From: the human T2T-CHM13v2.0 reference genome, Homo sapiens
NCBI RefSeq assembly: GCF_009914755.1
Contig: NC_060929.1
Length of the DNA: 64,000 nucleotides
Reading direction: 5' to 3' (one strand)
Of the stretch, positions 14,403-30,376 are shown piece by piece; the first letter of the stretch is position 1; each line of letters opens with the position of its first letter. Below the pieces are notes generated by a model. It ran no database searches, was not told where the DNA came from, and worked only from the letters and a program-made list of their open reading frames with translations. A program made the translations under genes and the position numbers.

Positions 14403-14722
14403 CACCTCACTAACCATTCGACTGAGCACACTTTCATATTTGTATCAGCTTTTGTGCTAAAACTCTCTAAGTACATCCACCTGTGTAATAGGAACCTGTG
14501 AATTGTACTGGATGATTAATACAAACGTGATTGTTGTATTTGGAGTATAAATTACTGATTGTATGTGACCTGAAAATTCACTGCTATAAGAAAGGTGGAG
14601 TCAGTTTGTATCAGTTAATAGGATGTTCATATTCCAAGGATATTAGTTGTTTTTTTAATCATCCTATATGGCTAACATTGTTTAATGAAAGTAATAATCA
14701 ATAAAGCAATAGAATCTATTTG
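14403..14722 (+). other. ADGRV1: ADGRV1 3' UTR (~320 nt; 3' end approximate)
   Basis: Repeat-free sequence between the stop codon and the first AATAAA, with several upstream TGTA (CFIm-type) elements. Confidence 0.8.
14700..14705 (+). terminator. ADGRV1: Polyadenylation signal AATAAA of ADGRV1
   Basis: First canonical hexamer after the stop, in context taataatcAATAAAgcaatag. Confidence 0.8.
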
Positions 14723-15576
14723 GTATCATCCAGCTTCATTATTGATAAAGAAACATTGTGCATGGGCAAAAAAAGCTAACTCTATATGTAGATGATGACA
14801 AGCACCCTGTGCCATCTTGCATGAATCCAGGTGATCCAGATTCAAGACTTCACTGCAACTAGAAGACTTTAATTCTGAAAACTGTAAAATGGTCTGTCTG
14901 TTGATGATCCTGCACATAAATGTTGATTGGAGTACTGAAGTTGGCCTAGTCTTTCAACAGTATGTATTTCTGCTCATTATAAAATTAGGGATCTGAACAC
15001 TTCTCAGAATGAATGTTCTGTCCCCAGTTAAAAATAACTCCATCAAGCATTTTTTTCACGCAGTTAGAAGAGGATCTTTCAAACAATGCAGAGTTTGTTT
15101 TAGAGAAACATTTCTCAGTTTGGATTTTTCAGTCTTTCTTTGTCTTGGAATGAGACATCAGAAAGTCTATCCCAGAACAAACGCTGTTGTGTTCGTGATG
15201 ATTTCATTGACTATAGTTCCAGAAGAATCATCAGGAACAGAACAAGTTTGTCCTGAGGAAGGCATTTTGACTTTTTATTTTGGAATTCTTAAGTATGTTT
15301 GAGAAAATCAGTATCATCTCAAGAAAGGTTAAAAAGATTAGCTAAGAGAAAATTTTGTTCTGTTAATAATTTTCCTTAGAGCCATAATTAAAAGATCCAA
15401 GTGCTTTATCATCGCTATTAAGGGTGGCTTTATTTGTTATAAAGCCTGAGGTGGCATTATTTATCTTGATAAATTATAAAATGTCTCCTTTTCCTGTGAG
15501 TCCTCCCCTTCCCCTACCCCCTTCGTCTTATATTGAGTTTCGATAAGTAGACTGTCACTGTAAGTAGAAAACAAAG

Positions 15577-15722
<146 letters not shown>

Positions 15723-16152
15723 CTAACAAAGGCAATTGTTGGTAGCTCTTTTCTTTTCTACGTGTTGCCAAAATTTGAGAAAACCTGACCAAAAAAGGTT
15801 GCTGGGTTTCTATTGCTATTCAAATTGCCATCATGATAAAAAATCAAAAGGGCTACCTGCCACTGTTCAGCTTGATTCTTTTAAATATTGGAAGGAAAAC
15901 CCAAGGTTTTACAAGCCACAGTGCTAAAAACAAATAAGATTCATATGCCAATAGCAACAATAGTTTGCCATTCTGTTTCCTCCAAATGTGCATTAAAGTG
16001 GGACACCTGCCATATAGTACTATGTAGGGAGAAGCAAATAAAATCAAATTCTCAAAAATGAAAACGGAAAGGCTAGGACTCTAACACTTCACCTGTGATC
16101 TTTCTCTTTAAGTAGGATTGGTCCTCTTTTTCTCCATGACATTTCCTTAACG

Positions 16153-16396
16153 CCTTTACTGAGATATCATTCACATTCCATAAAACCTATTTAAAGTATA
16201 CACTTCAATGGTATTTGGTATATTACGTTATTGGAGTTTTTAAAAATTGTAGTAAAATATGTATAAAATGTATTATTTTAACCATTTTAAGGGTATAATT
16301 CAGTGGTTTAATTACATTCACGATGTTTTGCAACCATCACCTTTATCTATTTCCAGAATGTTTTCATCACTCCAAACAGAAACTCTGTATACCCCT
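16153..16396 (-). mobile_element. L1MB-like 3'-end fragments
   Basis: ctttactgagatatcattcaca... and aaccattttaagggtataattcagtgg...ttccagaatgttttcatcactccaaacagaaactctgta. Confidence 0.7.
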
Positions 16397-17174
16397 TCTC
16401 CATCACATTTTCTTTCCTCTGTAGGAGATACCTGACATTTCCTTGGCAATGTCTTCACTTTTCTGCATTTTTGTGATTACTTTATTGCATTTGTTTTTGT
16501 TTTACGTTTTTAGTATTTTAGAACATTAAAATAAAAAAGGATTTTTCATAATTTGGATACAAGTACAGAGAGGTATGCACATGGGTTACAGGATGATGAT
16601 AGAACTGGTGGAATTTCAAGACAGGAAATACCAGTTGAATGAAAATCTTAGTAAACAAAACACAGAAAAGCATTTCATTCTGGAACTTGAGTTTTGCGTT
16701 GATTTTCAATCTCTTGAGATACTTTAAGGTTTAATCAACATTTTCCATGCCTCCCAAATCTGATCACGGAAGTTTAAACATAATGGAGGTATGAAAAAAA
16801 ATGCCATTTGGGAACTGAACTCCCAAACAATTTCACCTTGTGTTTACCAGCACTTAAGATCCTAAGGCCTCTGGGTAGATTTGTTTGAGGTTAAGTGTCA
16901 ATCAGATAAGTAAGTGATGTTGACCTCAAAGTGTCTGGATGCCAGAGTAGATCTCCCTTGGACACCCTGACTTTGGCAGAAACAAAGAAAGCACCAAGGC
17001 CATGCCTATGTTCCATATGGCCTTCTAATTGTTAATGTCATAGACCCAGTCCTTCCAATGCTTCTCTAGCAGGATCCAAGTCAAAGGACCACATATTCAA
17101 TGAGTAATATTTACAGAATGGACCAAATGACTGAGGCTGGGAAACTCTTTCATCATCTTGCATCTCTTCTACTC

Positions 17175-17497
<323 letters not shown>

Positions 17498-18443
17498 TAG
17501 TGAAATAAAATACAACTCAGCTGAGTGATATTGAGAAAACGTAGTTCATACATTCTGATTTTATTCTTACTCAATTATTCTCACCTACCCAAACTTTTAT
17601 TCCATAAAAATGTCAACACTGTAGTAGAAAAGCAAATTCACCTTTATAAACATTTAGAAACACCCAGATGCTTTATTAAACTATAGTGCATACTAGCTAG
17701 CACATGCGTGAATACATGCACAATATTCCTAAGGAAAACACATTATTTTCGTGGTAATCTATAACTATTCAAACCACCTTGACAAGTTAGGCAACTACTT
17801 TAATTAGGAATTGACTACACTGGAGATAAAAGTGTTTAACAAAGAATTTATTCAAAACAACCCAGATACTTATTGATGCTTCAGTATCATTGATTTATGG
17901 TTAACAAACATCTTTTATAAACTAAATTACATGGTTTCAAGAAGAAATGCAAATGACGAATAACCATGCTTCCTGTCATCTGTGACAATGGGATACTGTT
18001 ATCAAATACTACTGTCATGGTCCTTGGGAATACTATGGATGTCTCATTTCAGTTCCCAGCCTGGCCCCTGCAGTGGACTCAGCAACTGGATCTACCTATT
18101 AGAACCAAGGTTGGAGCCAAAGTTTCTAAAACTGACATAGCTCTAGAAATTTATGAGCACTTTCAGTACATGAAATAGTATTTTAGGACTGTGAAAAAAC
18201 GTAAGTAATCACTGCTTTCTAATAGATACAATAATTCAAATTTTAGCAAGATCAAACTTTACTTTTTGCCTGTGATAAACCTTTATGAGTTTGTAAACAA
18301 ATCACAAATTTGATTTTTTTTAAATTTAGGATTGTACTCCTAGCATTTGTTTTGTAACACTAATGAAGGAAAGAGACAATGCAAACCATTTCAACATCAC
18401 TATTTTGAGCTTTGGTATGGTTACATTTATTTCAGAGGTAATG

Positions 18444-18445
<2 letters not shown>

Positions 18446-18482
<37 letters not shown>
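18446..18482 (+). repeat. (GT)~18 microsatellite
   Basis: Direct reading. Confidence 0.95.
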
Positions 18483-18483
<1 letters not shown>

Positions 18484-18500
18484 CGCTGAAAAGTTCTGGG

Positions 18501-18786
18501 GGCCGGGTGCAGTGGCTCACACCTGTAATCCCAGCACTTTGGGAGGCCAAGGCAGGCAGATCACTTGAGGCCAGGAGTTTGAGACCAGCCTGGCCAAAAT
18601 GGTGAAACCCAATCTCTACAAAAAATACAAAAATTAGCCAGGCATGGTGTCAGGTTCCTGTAAGGCTGAGGCAAGAGAATTGCTTGAACCCAAGAGGCAG
18701 AGGTTTCAGTGAGCCTAGATCGTGCCACTACACCTCCAGCCTGGGCTACAAAGATAGGCTCTGCCTCAAAAAAAAAAAAAAAAAAA
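18501..18786 (+). mobile_element. AluS with small right-arm deletion
   Basis: TSD aaaagttctggg/aaaagtcctggg; right arm reads cctgtaaggctgagg, lacking tcccagctactcggg. Confidence 0.93.
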
Positions 18787-19154
18787 GTCCTGGGAATTCA
18801 GAGCAAGAAAAAAAGAAAAACAGGAAAATTACAATAATAATAGTTTCCATGATTAAAAGATGTTTTCAAAAGCTGACTTGTGAAGTGTGTGAAACAGTCC
18901 ATCATCCTGCACCACACTATATATCCTTATTCTGCACATTCATCAAAATCATTTTGAAGACTTTTGTACATTACAGGAGGGGAGTAGTGGTCATTTAATG
19001 AAAGACTTGAAAGAGTGGGTAAGAACACTCACACAAACTAGAAAGATACTCAAGAACTATCAGGGGTACTGTGGTTTCTTTCCTGAATGTTCTATCAAAT
19101 AATACACGTATTATATAGTAAAGGGGTTGTTTCCCCTTTTAAAAGATCACCTTT

Positions 19155-20157
19155 ATCCTGAAGGTTCATCTGTGCTGTCACATTTTGCAGAATTTCCTTT
19201 TTAAAGGCTGAGCAGTATTCCACTGTATGTCTATACCATACTCTGTTTATCTATTCATCTGTCAATGGACATTTGGGTTGTTTGCACATCTTGGCTATTG
19301 TGAATAGTGCTGCAATGAATATAGAAGTGCTAGTATCTCTTCAAGATTCTGATTTCATTTCTTTTGGACAAATATTCAGAAGTGGGATTGCTGGTTCGTT
19401 TGTTAGTTCTATTTTAAATTTTTTTAGAAAGTCCCATGCTGTTTTCCATAGCAGCCACACCATTTTGTATTCTCACCAACAGTGTACAAGGGTTCTGGTT
19501 TCTACACACCCTCACCAATACTTGTTGTCTTTTTGTTTTCTCATAATAGCCATCCTGGCAGTTGTGAGGTGAAATCTCATTGTGGTTTTGATTTTCATTT
19601 CTCTGATGACTAGTGACACTGTGCATTTTTTAATACATCTGTTAGCCATTTGTATGTCTTCTTTGAAGAAATGTCTGTTCTAGTCCTTAGTCCATTTCTA
19701 ATTGGGTTATAAGGTGTTTTTGGCTATTGAATTGTTAGAGTTCCTTATATATTTTGGAAATTAACCCTTTATCAGAAACATGGTTTGCAAATATTTTCTC
19801 CATTCTATAGGTTGCCATTTTACTCTGTTGATAAGTGGAATAAGACAATCACAGAAAGACAAATACTACATTATTCCACTTATATGAGGTATCTAAAATA
19901 GTCAACTTCACAGAATTAAAGAGTGGAATAGTGGTTGCCAGGGGATGGGGGAGGGGAAATGGGGATTTAAATCAATGGGCATAAAGTTTCAGTTAAGCAA
20001 GTTGAATAAGCTCTAGAATAAGCTCTGGAAATTTGGCATACAACAGTACAACATTGTACTTATAGTCAACAATAATGTAATATGCACTTAAAATTTTGTT
20101 AAGAGGGTAAATCTCATGTTGGGTATTCTTACCACAATAAAATAAATTTTTAAAAAA
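19155..20157. mobile_element. Old L1 (L1MA/MB) with 5' inversion: 19155-19830 minus, 19832-20157 plus
   Basis: Minus part is the ORF2 3' end (ttggctattgtgaatagtgctgcaatgaa...). Plus part is the 3' UTR ending cttaccacaataaaataaa. Confidence 0.85.
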
Positions 20158-21811
20158 TTGCTTACAGGGCAACTTGATCACTATTTTTCACTGTAAGTGC
20201 TGGCACTGCATGGAAAAATAAGTTCAAAAAAATTTTTTGAAAACTTTCCCAATCTCTTCTGGAACCCCTAATAGTAACTTCTCACAGAATCCCTAATTAC
20301 ATCTGCAAAACCCTAATTAAACAACCTGTGCTAGACTATATGCTCAAGAGTGTTCCCACTTTTACTTGTCTCTGTCTCATTTGTTTTGTTATCCTAAGCA
20401 ACTAACACAGTGCCTGAAACAAAATGATGCCCAATAAATTTGTTGAGCTGAAAAAAAGTCATCTTTACCCTAGCAGCTAAATTAGAGCATCTTTTTTCTT
20501 GATTTTTTAAAATTGATTTGGTTACAGAAGTTATGCCTTTAAAAATCCAAATGGATAGCAATTATTGAACAAATAAGATGCCATATCATCTTCATGTTAC
20601 CAAACAGCTTTCATTTTCAAGGCTATAGTTTGTTGAATTGTATCTGTAATTCACTCTGCTTCATAGTTATCCAAGGAGTCTTGAAAACCACTAAAGATCT
20701 ATGAAAAACTTGTTATTTTCATTTTGGCAGTAGTCTGTATAACAGGTTTCAAACTAGAATAGATTTTTAAGGATTACTGGGGTTAGGGGAGGACAAAAGG
20801 AATAAATGAACAACAAAAGATGATATTTACTTCTCTCATCTCATTCTTGTTTCAAGACCTGTTAGTCATAAGGGCTTTGTGTGGAAAATTACATATGCAT
20901 GAGTATTTCATAACCAAATGGTTGTAATCTCTTCTACTCATCTGGTTCCACAGTAGGAAGTCAAAAAACTGTGTATTTGTCATTTCATGGTTGATTCATT
21001 ATGCCTGTACTAAGTATGTTTGAAATAAGTCTGCTCCATAATACCCAACTCTAGATAACATGTAATTTCTCATTGTAGTAAACCAGGGAAATAAGACTCA
21101 CTGTACTCTGAAGGTAAAGCAATGTAATCAGTTTAACTGTTTGTGTCCAAGGTTCAGAAGAACACACTATCATCTTCACAACCGAGCAATGACTCTATTC
21201 CACAATTTTAGGAACTACATATTGATAAGAATCAAGACCTTTCCATATCCAACTACATCATGATTTCTCAAGACAACCCAAAGGATTCTGAGTCAAAAGT
21301 TGTTGCTTCTTGTCAGTCACCAAGATAAAGACTAACCTGTGGAAAGTGGACCCTTTTTCCTGGCAAAAGATAGAAAAAGTTTGAAAAGGAAAATAATTTT
21401 TTAAAGAAAAAACTTTAAAGTCAGCACAACAAAGTTTTGATAAAATGCACAGAATTGCAACTTGCCAGTGTAGATTATAGAGCAAATACAACAGAATTGA
21501 CAAATTTGAAGGATGAACAAAAAGATGAACAGATTTTATTTTGTCTTAGGTCCAGTTATTCAAAACCTCTATAAACTAGAACACTATAGGCAATTTTGAA
21601 AGAGAGAAAAAGCATTTTCTTAACCCTACCAAATTTCTCTTGGAAGACTGGTCACATAGAAAATTTGGAATCTTTGCTCTTTGTCTTCTTATTTATCCTT
21701 CCCTCTTCCTCACACTTCATATTTTATAGGGGAGAGAGTTTTTGAAAATTTATATTGAAATTATTTTTAAATAAAGTATATTTTTCACACTATGTGGGCC
21801 TGTCTGATTAT

Positions 21812-22278
21812 TGTTAAAAAAGAAAAATGTCAACAAATTCAGTTTAATGATTGATTGTTTTTTATTAGTGATTCATGAATTGGACAGCATCTCATCTACA
21901 AAACAAAGGGAGCCCCATTGGGTATGGCAGGACAATTGATTTTTGTAAGGAAACTTGAGCAGGAACAAGGAAACTGCTTAATACAAAAAAGCAAATTGTT
22001 TAACCTCAGGTTACTTCAGAGTACCTTCCTCATAAGGGTTAAAGCAGAAAGGACTTCCTTATCATGCCGGCTCAGGTCAGCTGGGTCCTTTTGGATTGGT
22101 TGCTGTGAATCTTTTGTTTTTTGGAAAAACTGGCCTACTTAGAGATTTTCCTGTTCATTTTAATTTCAGTTTGATTATGTGGCACTGAACACAAGTGACT
22201 CCATTTCGGTTTGTTCTGCTGGGGCCTCGTGCAGAAGCTCAGTTCAAAATAATGGCTACCCTTAAATTGTATTTACCA
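21812..22278 (-). mobile_element. ERV1 solo LTR (MER31/MER67-like)
   Basis: TG...CA termini with 4-bp TSD ttat on both sides; gtgactccatttcggtttg...ggggcctcgtgcagaagctcagttcaaa motif. Confidence 0.7.
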
Positions 22279-23004
22279 TTATAAATCAGAATACCAATAA
22301 AAGTTTGATTTATATTAAGATGAAATCAAGAAATAATTTTAAAATAAATAATAAATGCTTTGGAATTGGAAATCAAGAATTTTAAAGAAATAAATAATAA
22401 GATGAAGTGCAGCCGTCAGCTCATTAGAGGGAAAAGAATAAATTCAAAAATATTAAGATGGGTGATGTTTAGCCAGTTCTCTGCAGGACCTAAGTCACTG
22501 CCAGTGATGATTAAGCAGCTTGAGATTACACAAAAATTCAAGTGCCAAGGCACAGACTAACTGAGGCAGGACAGGGGATCAAGCGAAGCAATGAAAAAAA
22601 ATATCTCTTTCCGTTTCTACCTTATTACCCAGAGTTTAAGACTGATAGCAGTTCTTAAAGGTTTTAGTTATTTTATAACCCAGAGATGTTGAAAGTGAGA
22701 TTGGATAAGCTGCTGGAGTAGAGGCACTGTTTCAGTATTCAGTCCACTAAAATATTTAGGGAGGGTATGGGCCTCTGTCCCCCAGAGAACAGGCCGAGAT
22801 TGCAGAATAAGAATCCCCTTCCTTCCTGCTCCAGCCCCGCCCCAATGCCAGCACCTGCATTTGTACATTAGGTGCTTGGGATATTAGGGAGTGGAAGAAG
22901 TCCCATTTCAATTCCTGATTCTGATCAGAATATTAGTAAAGAATCAAAATAATTGGCATATTCTTCTCACCACTACCTCCCACCGCTACCTCTACTCACA
23001 GATG

Positions 23005-23311
23005 TTTCTTTTTTTTTTTTTTTTTTTTTGAGACAGAATCTTGCTCTGTTGCCCAGGCTGGAGTGCATTGGTGTGATCTCAGCTCACTGAAACCCCTGCC
23101 TCCCGGGTTCAAGTGAGTCTCCTGCCTCAGCCTCCCGAGTAACTGGGATTACAGGCCCTCGCCACCACACCCAGCTAATTTTTGTATTTTTAGTAGAGAT
23201 GAGGTTTCACCATGTTGGCTAGGGTGGTTTCGAACTCCTGACCTCAAATGATCCGCCTGCCTCAGCCTCCCAAAGTGCTGGGATTACAGGTGTGAGCCAT
23301 TGCTCATGGCC
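23005..23311 (-). mobile_element. AluS
   Basis: PolyT plus full reverse dimer. Confidence 0.95.
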
Positions 23312-24695
23312 ACGCAGAGGCAGTTTTTAATACACATCCCTTCAATTTTGAGCCAGAAATACCAGATTAATTTTTCCTCACACAGCTCCCTCCTATATCC
23401 TTTCTATCTTCTCTATCAATCAATACCAGCCACGTTTCTGCCTTAAGAGAGATTATGAGCAATTGGCATTTTCTGCCTTGTAGGAGTTTCACCAACAAAG
23501 TACATACATTTCATCCTAGATGAGATAGAAAAACACTCAATGTAAGTGTTCTCAAAACAATTTGCATTGTGGCAAAGGCAGGGAAAAATTTTTTTCTGTA
23601 CATAGATGAATTATTTTGATGTAAGATGGAGGCAGAAGCAGAATGGAATGAACCATTTTGCTCTCCCCACAGCACAGGAAGACTGTGTGATTTCTCTTTT
23701 GCACACGTGCACAATCTTTGTCTCTCTCATAAAAGCACCTTAAAACTGTAAATAGTCTGAAGTAGTTCTTAGGGGTTAACAAGTTCAAATAATTATCCAT
23801 GATAGGTTCAATAATAATTCATTTTATTTACACGAATGCTCAGTTTCCTCTGAAATTCAGACTCGTGGACTCTGCCTGCTGATAGTATAATAGAAAATTT
23901 TATAAAGGAAATTACTTTCCTGGATATGAAACAAAGAAACTTATACAAGTAAATATGACCAATTCTGTACTACACAACTAAGGAAAAATATATAGACTAT
24001 ATTATAGATTTTTATAATAGGTCTAATATTAAGAGCAAATAATAAGAGAAATAAATTTCATTCAGGTTGAGAAATTATTTTTTAAAGCGTTACAGGTTCA
24101 TGTACTTATTAGAAAGGAAGTAGGAATTGAGCATGCCTTAAAAACAAAAGGTAAATTGGAATTCTTTGGCAATGCAAATATTTAAGTCAAGGAGTCAAGG
24201 ACACAAGCATTATAAAATACTTAACAAATTTCAAACACAGAAGAGTTACTGCAAGATTGGAAAATTGTAGTACAATTCTAGATTAATGTCTGCCTGGTTT
24301 GCTGAAAGGAGATTTTTACCAAGAGACAGAATTATCCACTAAATGGTTGCTCGGGAAGGCTTCCTTTGCAAACACACCCAATATTTTTTTTTAAAAAAAA
24401 TTATTAAATTTAGTATACCATGATTTTATGTAAGCAAACTCAGATACTGCTTCATTTCTATTATTATTATTATATTTTGTTATACTTTCTACTAACAAAA
24501 TACATACTATTATATACTTTTCTTGTTTTCTGGGTACTGTACTCATGATTATATTGTTCTATCTCATCAAACCTATAGAAGTCTACAGGTAAAGTTGAGT
24601 GGATTTTGTATTTTGCCCATTACCACCTAGAATACAAGGTTGTCCAGTTGGAATTGTGATATTCGTTTATTTTGCAGAATTTAAACTATTTGACT

Positions 24696-24972
<277 letters not shown>

Positions 24973-27900
24973 TTAAAACTCCCTAAAAGATGACAAGCCT
25001 TTTAACTTCAGTGATTTGTACTTCCCTTAGCCTCCACCCCTTCTCCTAAGCATGGTTGCTGAATAGTTAGACCTTCAGAATAGACAAAGACCAGCTGGAA
25101 GTATAATACATTTCCACTTGGTTCCAGATGTCATGTAGTAAAATATATAGAACCCAAGGCCCTGAATGACTCTTGGAATAAGCAATAGTTGCTTTCTATT
25201 TTAGGTCTAAACTGTGAACATGAAGCAGAGAGGAATTGCTTACATTCTGCCTGCTTCAAGGCAAAGTAAAAATTAAGCTCAGCATGCCATCGCATACTTA
25301 CAAGTGACTTAGGTGAACATTCCTTATAACAGATTTTGAGAGTGCCAAGGTTTCCAATGAAATAGGAAACCATTAAAATGGCTTATCATTTATCATTTTG
25401 GGAAAAATGGAGAGACTACTGATTCACCTCCAGCAGTAAGTGACCCTTCACGGACTCTAAAAGCATCATAGACAATGGCCAAAACTATTAAATTCATGGC
25501 CAAATTAGGGAGACTTTTTAAAATATGGCTTGTACAGTCACCCCCAATGGCAGTACAATACACTTATGGTATGTAAAGAAGTACACATGATACTTGATTT
25601 AATAAGCCTCCTTTTGGGGATGTTCATGAGTTATATATAGTTCACAGTTCTAATAATTATAAAGCTTCATTTCAAAGAGAATACCATGTGTTTTAAAGAA
25701 AAATGTAATAGTGGTAAAATAAGATTATACAGTATACATGCTCTTCCATCATACAATTTTTTTGGAGAATGAAATAAATGACAGCAGAAAGTTCTTGCAT
25801 AGTCACTTGAAAGAATATTTTAGAAGTTCTTAAGAATATTAACAATTAAAGTGAGATAGCTTTTATAATACAATCCAAAGTTTATCACTAATAAAAATAT
25901 GTATAATAAAATTCTAAATATGTACATATATATTTACATATAAATATATAATATGAATACAAAAACTATACATTTATAGAAATATATAACATACCTTTAC
26001 ATGTTATGTTTATAATGTAAACATATTCACAAATCTTCACACACAAATATACACATACATACATATAACATGTTGTTAATAGTGTAATTACAGTGATTTT
26101 CAATTTCTTCTTTGGCTTTTCCATATTTTTCAAGTTTTCTACATAGAGTGTGTGTTAAATTTGAATTCAGAAAAAATATACATATAGTTTGCTGGAAATT
26201 ATTTAAGCCCTGGGTTTAGCACAAGTGGTGTTTAAGACATCTATTGTTTTTGTTCAGTCAATCTCTAGAGTAGCAATTATAACAGATAAGATTTTCAGAG
26301 GCTAAAGGCCACAGGCTTCCCGTTCCTGGTAGAAATGACACCCCTGTGAAATCTGCTTCATAGATGACATTAGGTGACCACAACGATTAGTGTACCATGA
26401 ACCTCAGAACCACTGGAGCTGTGGGTGCCAAACCCTGTGGGACCTCTATTCATAAACTAATAGATTTAACTTCTCAGTCCAAGCAAATCTCTAATATAGG
26501 CATGGGGAAAAAGAAAGGAGAAGCCCCAAGCCAAAGGAATTGTCTGTCACTGACAGTTTGTGAAAGGAACACACGAGTGCTTTTATTCTAATCAATGGGT
26601 GCCACAATGTTAGCATATTTAAAAGATAATGACATATACTTGATGGTCACAGAGGAATCATTTATGGAAAAATGAGCATTTGCAGTATTATTTCAGACTT
26701 TTGGATTTGTTCCATGTTTCAGAAAAAAAAAAAAAAAACTATGCTAAATTTCAAAGGAAACTTGAGCCTTACCATTCACACGTTCTGTAATTTCAAATAA
26801 CTGTTCCAAACCTGATAATGAAATTTTTTTTTCATTGAATGAAGATTGACTTCTAAGTCACTTTATTTAAATACTAAAAGCAAAGAGAAAAACCAGTCCT
26901 CTCCTGCCACTTTCTCTGGGCTCCCAGGCCCTGCATGCTTCCTAGTTAATCATACACAATCCAAACATTCTCCACATACAGTGCACAGCCTCACAGCACT
27001 CCCCAACTCAGCAAGCTCAGGGCCTAAGGCCTCTCCTATTCCTCCACATGGTATTCTGAAATACATATAGTGTACTTCAGCATTTTTAAAAAGTCTCGGT
27101 ATGTACATATGAACTTGATATTTGATATCTGATTTTTCCTATTTCATATTTTTAATAAACTTAGTTTATCGTGCCTCATTTACACTTGCATAAACTAGAA
27201 GGTGGTATATCCTTTTAACTGTAGTTGTCAAAAATATGTCACTCTACTTTCATGCAAATCAAGGTACATTTAGAGGCATCCTGCTCAGTTCTAAAATTAG
27301 GTCAGTTCGCCAACACAATGTTTCCTATCTCATGAGGCCCTCCATGCCCAACGCCATCTGTTTTCTCCTGCTCCCTCCCCCGTCCACTAATACACTCTCC
27401 CTGAGTAATATTTTTCTGCTTCTGTATTCCTTTTTTATTCTCTTTCTGTGACAATGTCAAAGACAATAGCAGAATCAAAGAGATATTGTATTAATCAAAA
27501 TAATTGATACTAGCTACCATAATAAACAAAACCTAGTTTTCAGTGACTTATCATAATATCAAGTTATTTCTTGCTTATGCAAAGTCCAGTATCCCTCTTT
27601 TCAAAGCGATGACTTGGAATCCCTTCTCCTTTCATTCTGTGGTGTCACCGTCCTTTAGACCCTCAGAATCCTTCATTTCTATCAAGGTGGTTGGAGAAAG
27701 AATGAGAGAATGGAAGCTTTTGTGGAATATGTGGTCATCGTCACTAGAAGTGCGTTGGCCAGCACTCAGTCACGTGGTTCTGTCTAGATGCTGGACAGGC
27801 TAGGACATGTGTGTCAGGAAAGAGCAGATGTAGGTAAATACCAACTATCTTGGCCACATACAGAGCCTCTCTCAATTTTTTCCACAATCACATCATCTCA

Positions 27901-27994
27901 GGTGAACCACCCTAATCCAGTGTGCATCTTTAGGCATGCACTTCCCTTACCACTCCAGCCACCCTGCTTCCCTCTCTGCCTTTTATCTCTGACA

Positions 27995-28294
<300 letters not shown>

Positions 28295-28532
28295 TCTGGC
28301 ATTAGCATTTCAGCCCACCCAAAGCTATTCTTCCCACGAACCAAGTGTATTACTCCCTGCTGACTCACCACTCTATCTTGAGTTCCAAAAAAAATCAAAT
28401 GTTTCTAAAGTTAAATAGTTGCCCTAGATTGTGTTAATTTCTTCAGTCTTTGCAAGGAATAAAAACTGAGGGTGAAATAAGCTGATAGAATCACCACTGG
28501 CTACCATAATAAAGCATTCATACCAAGTGCAA

Positions 28533-28904
<372 letters not shown>

Positions 28905-30095
28905 TTAAATTTTTCATAAAAGACTAATACAATAATTTTGGATACTCTGATACACGTATAAAATTCTTCAAAATTTCCTGAGATGAAAAGGTAAATCCCC
29001 TGCACCAGGACAGATAGCCTGAGTTACTAGTTTCATAACTAGAATTATGAAAGAGGAATGCTCAAAGGAACAAGCTGCATTTGGAAACATTTTGCAATTT
29101 TCAGACCTGAGATCAGTGACCCAAAAGATGAGTTAAAATATTCTGAAAAACAATCTCTTACAATAGACGTCACTAAGCCAGATATGATCCTTCCCCAGAA
29201 ACAAAAGGAAAAACTGATCATGAAAAGATCTTACCACTTCCTGTGGAATTCAGAATCATCTGAAACACTACTGGAGAAGAAAATAGAGGGAAATATTGCT
29301 GGATTTCTTAGTCTTTGCTTGTACCCATTCAATTAATCTTATAGTTTTTCAAACTTATTTTTAGGTTTATCTTATTAACTCTTTTATCTATATTTCATGT
29401 GGGAGTATGACAGTCCCTTTTATTTAAATTATCCTACCATTACTATTGAAACTTTTTAAATCAATATTATTCTAAAGCTTTATTTATATGAGGTCAGACT
29501 TTTTTTCTGGCTGGATAGGGTAATAGTAGTTGTAATAATTAAAAGTGAAGGAATAACTTAGATCAGAATAAAAAAATATTCCCTGGCTTTTTTACTTACA
29601 GGAAATTGTAGATTATTCCTTTCCAGAAGGTGAAAAAAAAATCTTGTGTGAGTAATAAGACAAATTTTCACACAAATAACCAATAACATGAGCTAGACAG
29701 ATGTTGTTTATAAATTCTTTTACTTGCGCCATTTCTTTGGGAAGTTAGGAAAAAGAAAATCACTTAAAGTACAAAATAATAGATGCTTTGCCATTGGGGC
29801 CCTATTATAATATGAAATAGACAAAGTTCAAGTGGTTTTTAATATTAATAGTCTAAACTGTAAAATCATGAATGGTACTGTAATTGGGTTATTTTGGTTG
29901 CAGAAAGATCTACTTGTAACCAGCTGCAGTGATAAAGGGCAATTAACAAAATAAAGTTACAGGGATATTTCATGGAAGCTATAGAACTCTCTCCCCTTTA
30001 TGTCTCTCAACTAGATCGCTATGCTTCCCGGTTAATATGGAAGAAAATTACTGACAACATATACCAATGTATCCTCCACTTAAGAAAGTACCCCA

Positions 30096-30376
30096 GGCTA
30101 GGCATTGTGGCTCATGCCTGCAATCCCAGCACTTTGAGAGGGCCAGGTGGGCAGATCACTTGAGTCCAGGAGTTCAAGACCAGTTTAGGCAACATAGTGA
30201 AACCTTATCTCTACTAAAAATACAGAAATTAGCCAGGTGTGGTGGCACTCTCCTGTAATCCCAGCTACTCGGGAGGCTGAGGCACAAGGTTGCTTGAATC
30301 CGGGAGGGGGAGGTTGCAGTGAGCCGAGACTGCGCCACTGCACTCCAGCCTGGGTGACAGAGCGAGACCCTGAATA
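30096..30376 (+). mobile_element. Alu whose tail is a GGAA array
   Basis: Full dimer; aagtacccca before it recurs as aagtcccca after the GGAA array. Confidence 0.92.

Noticed and set aside
25895-26075. AT/CA-rich low-complexity stretch
   Set aside because: Decayed simple repeat associated with an old L1 end; no regular structure.
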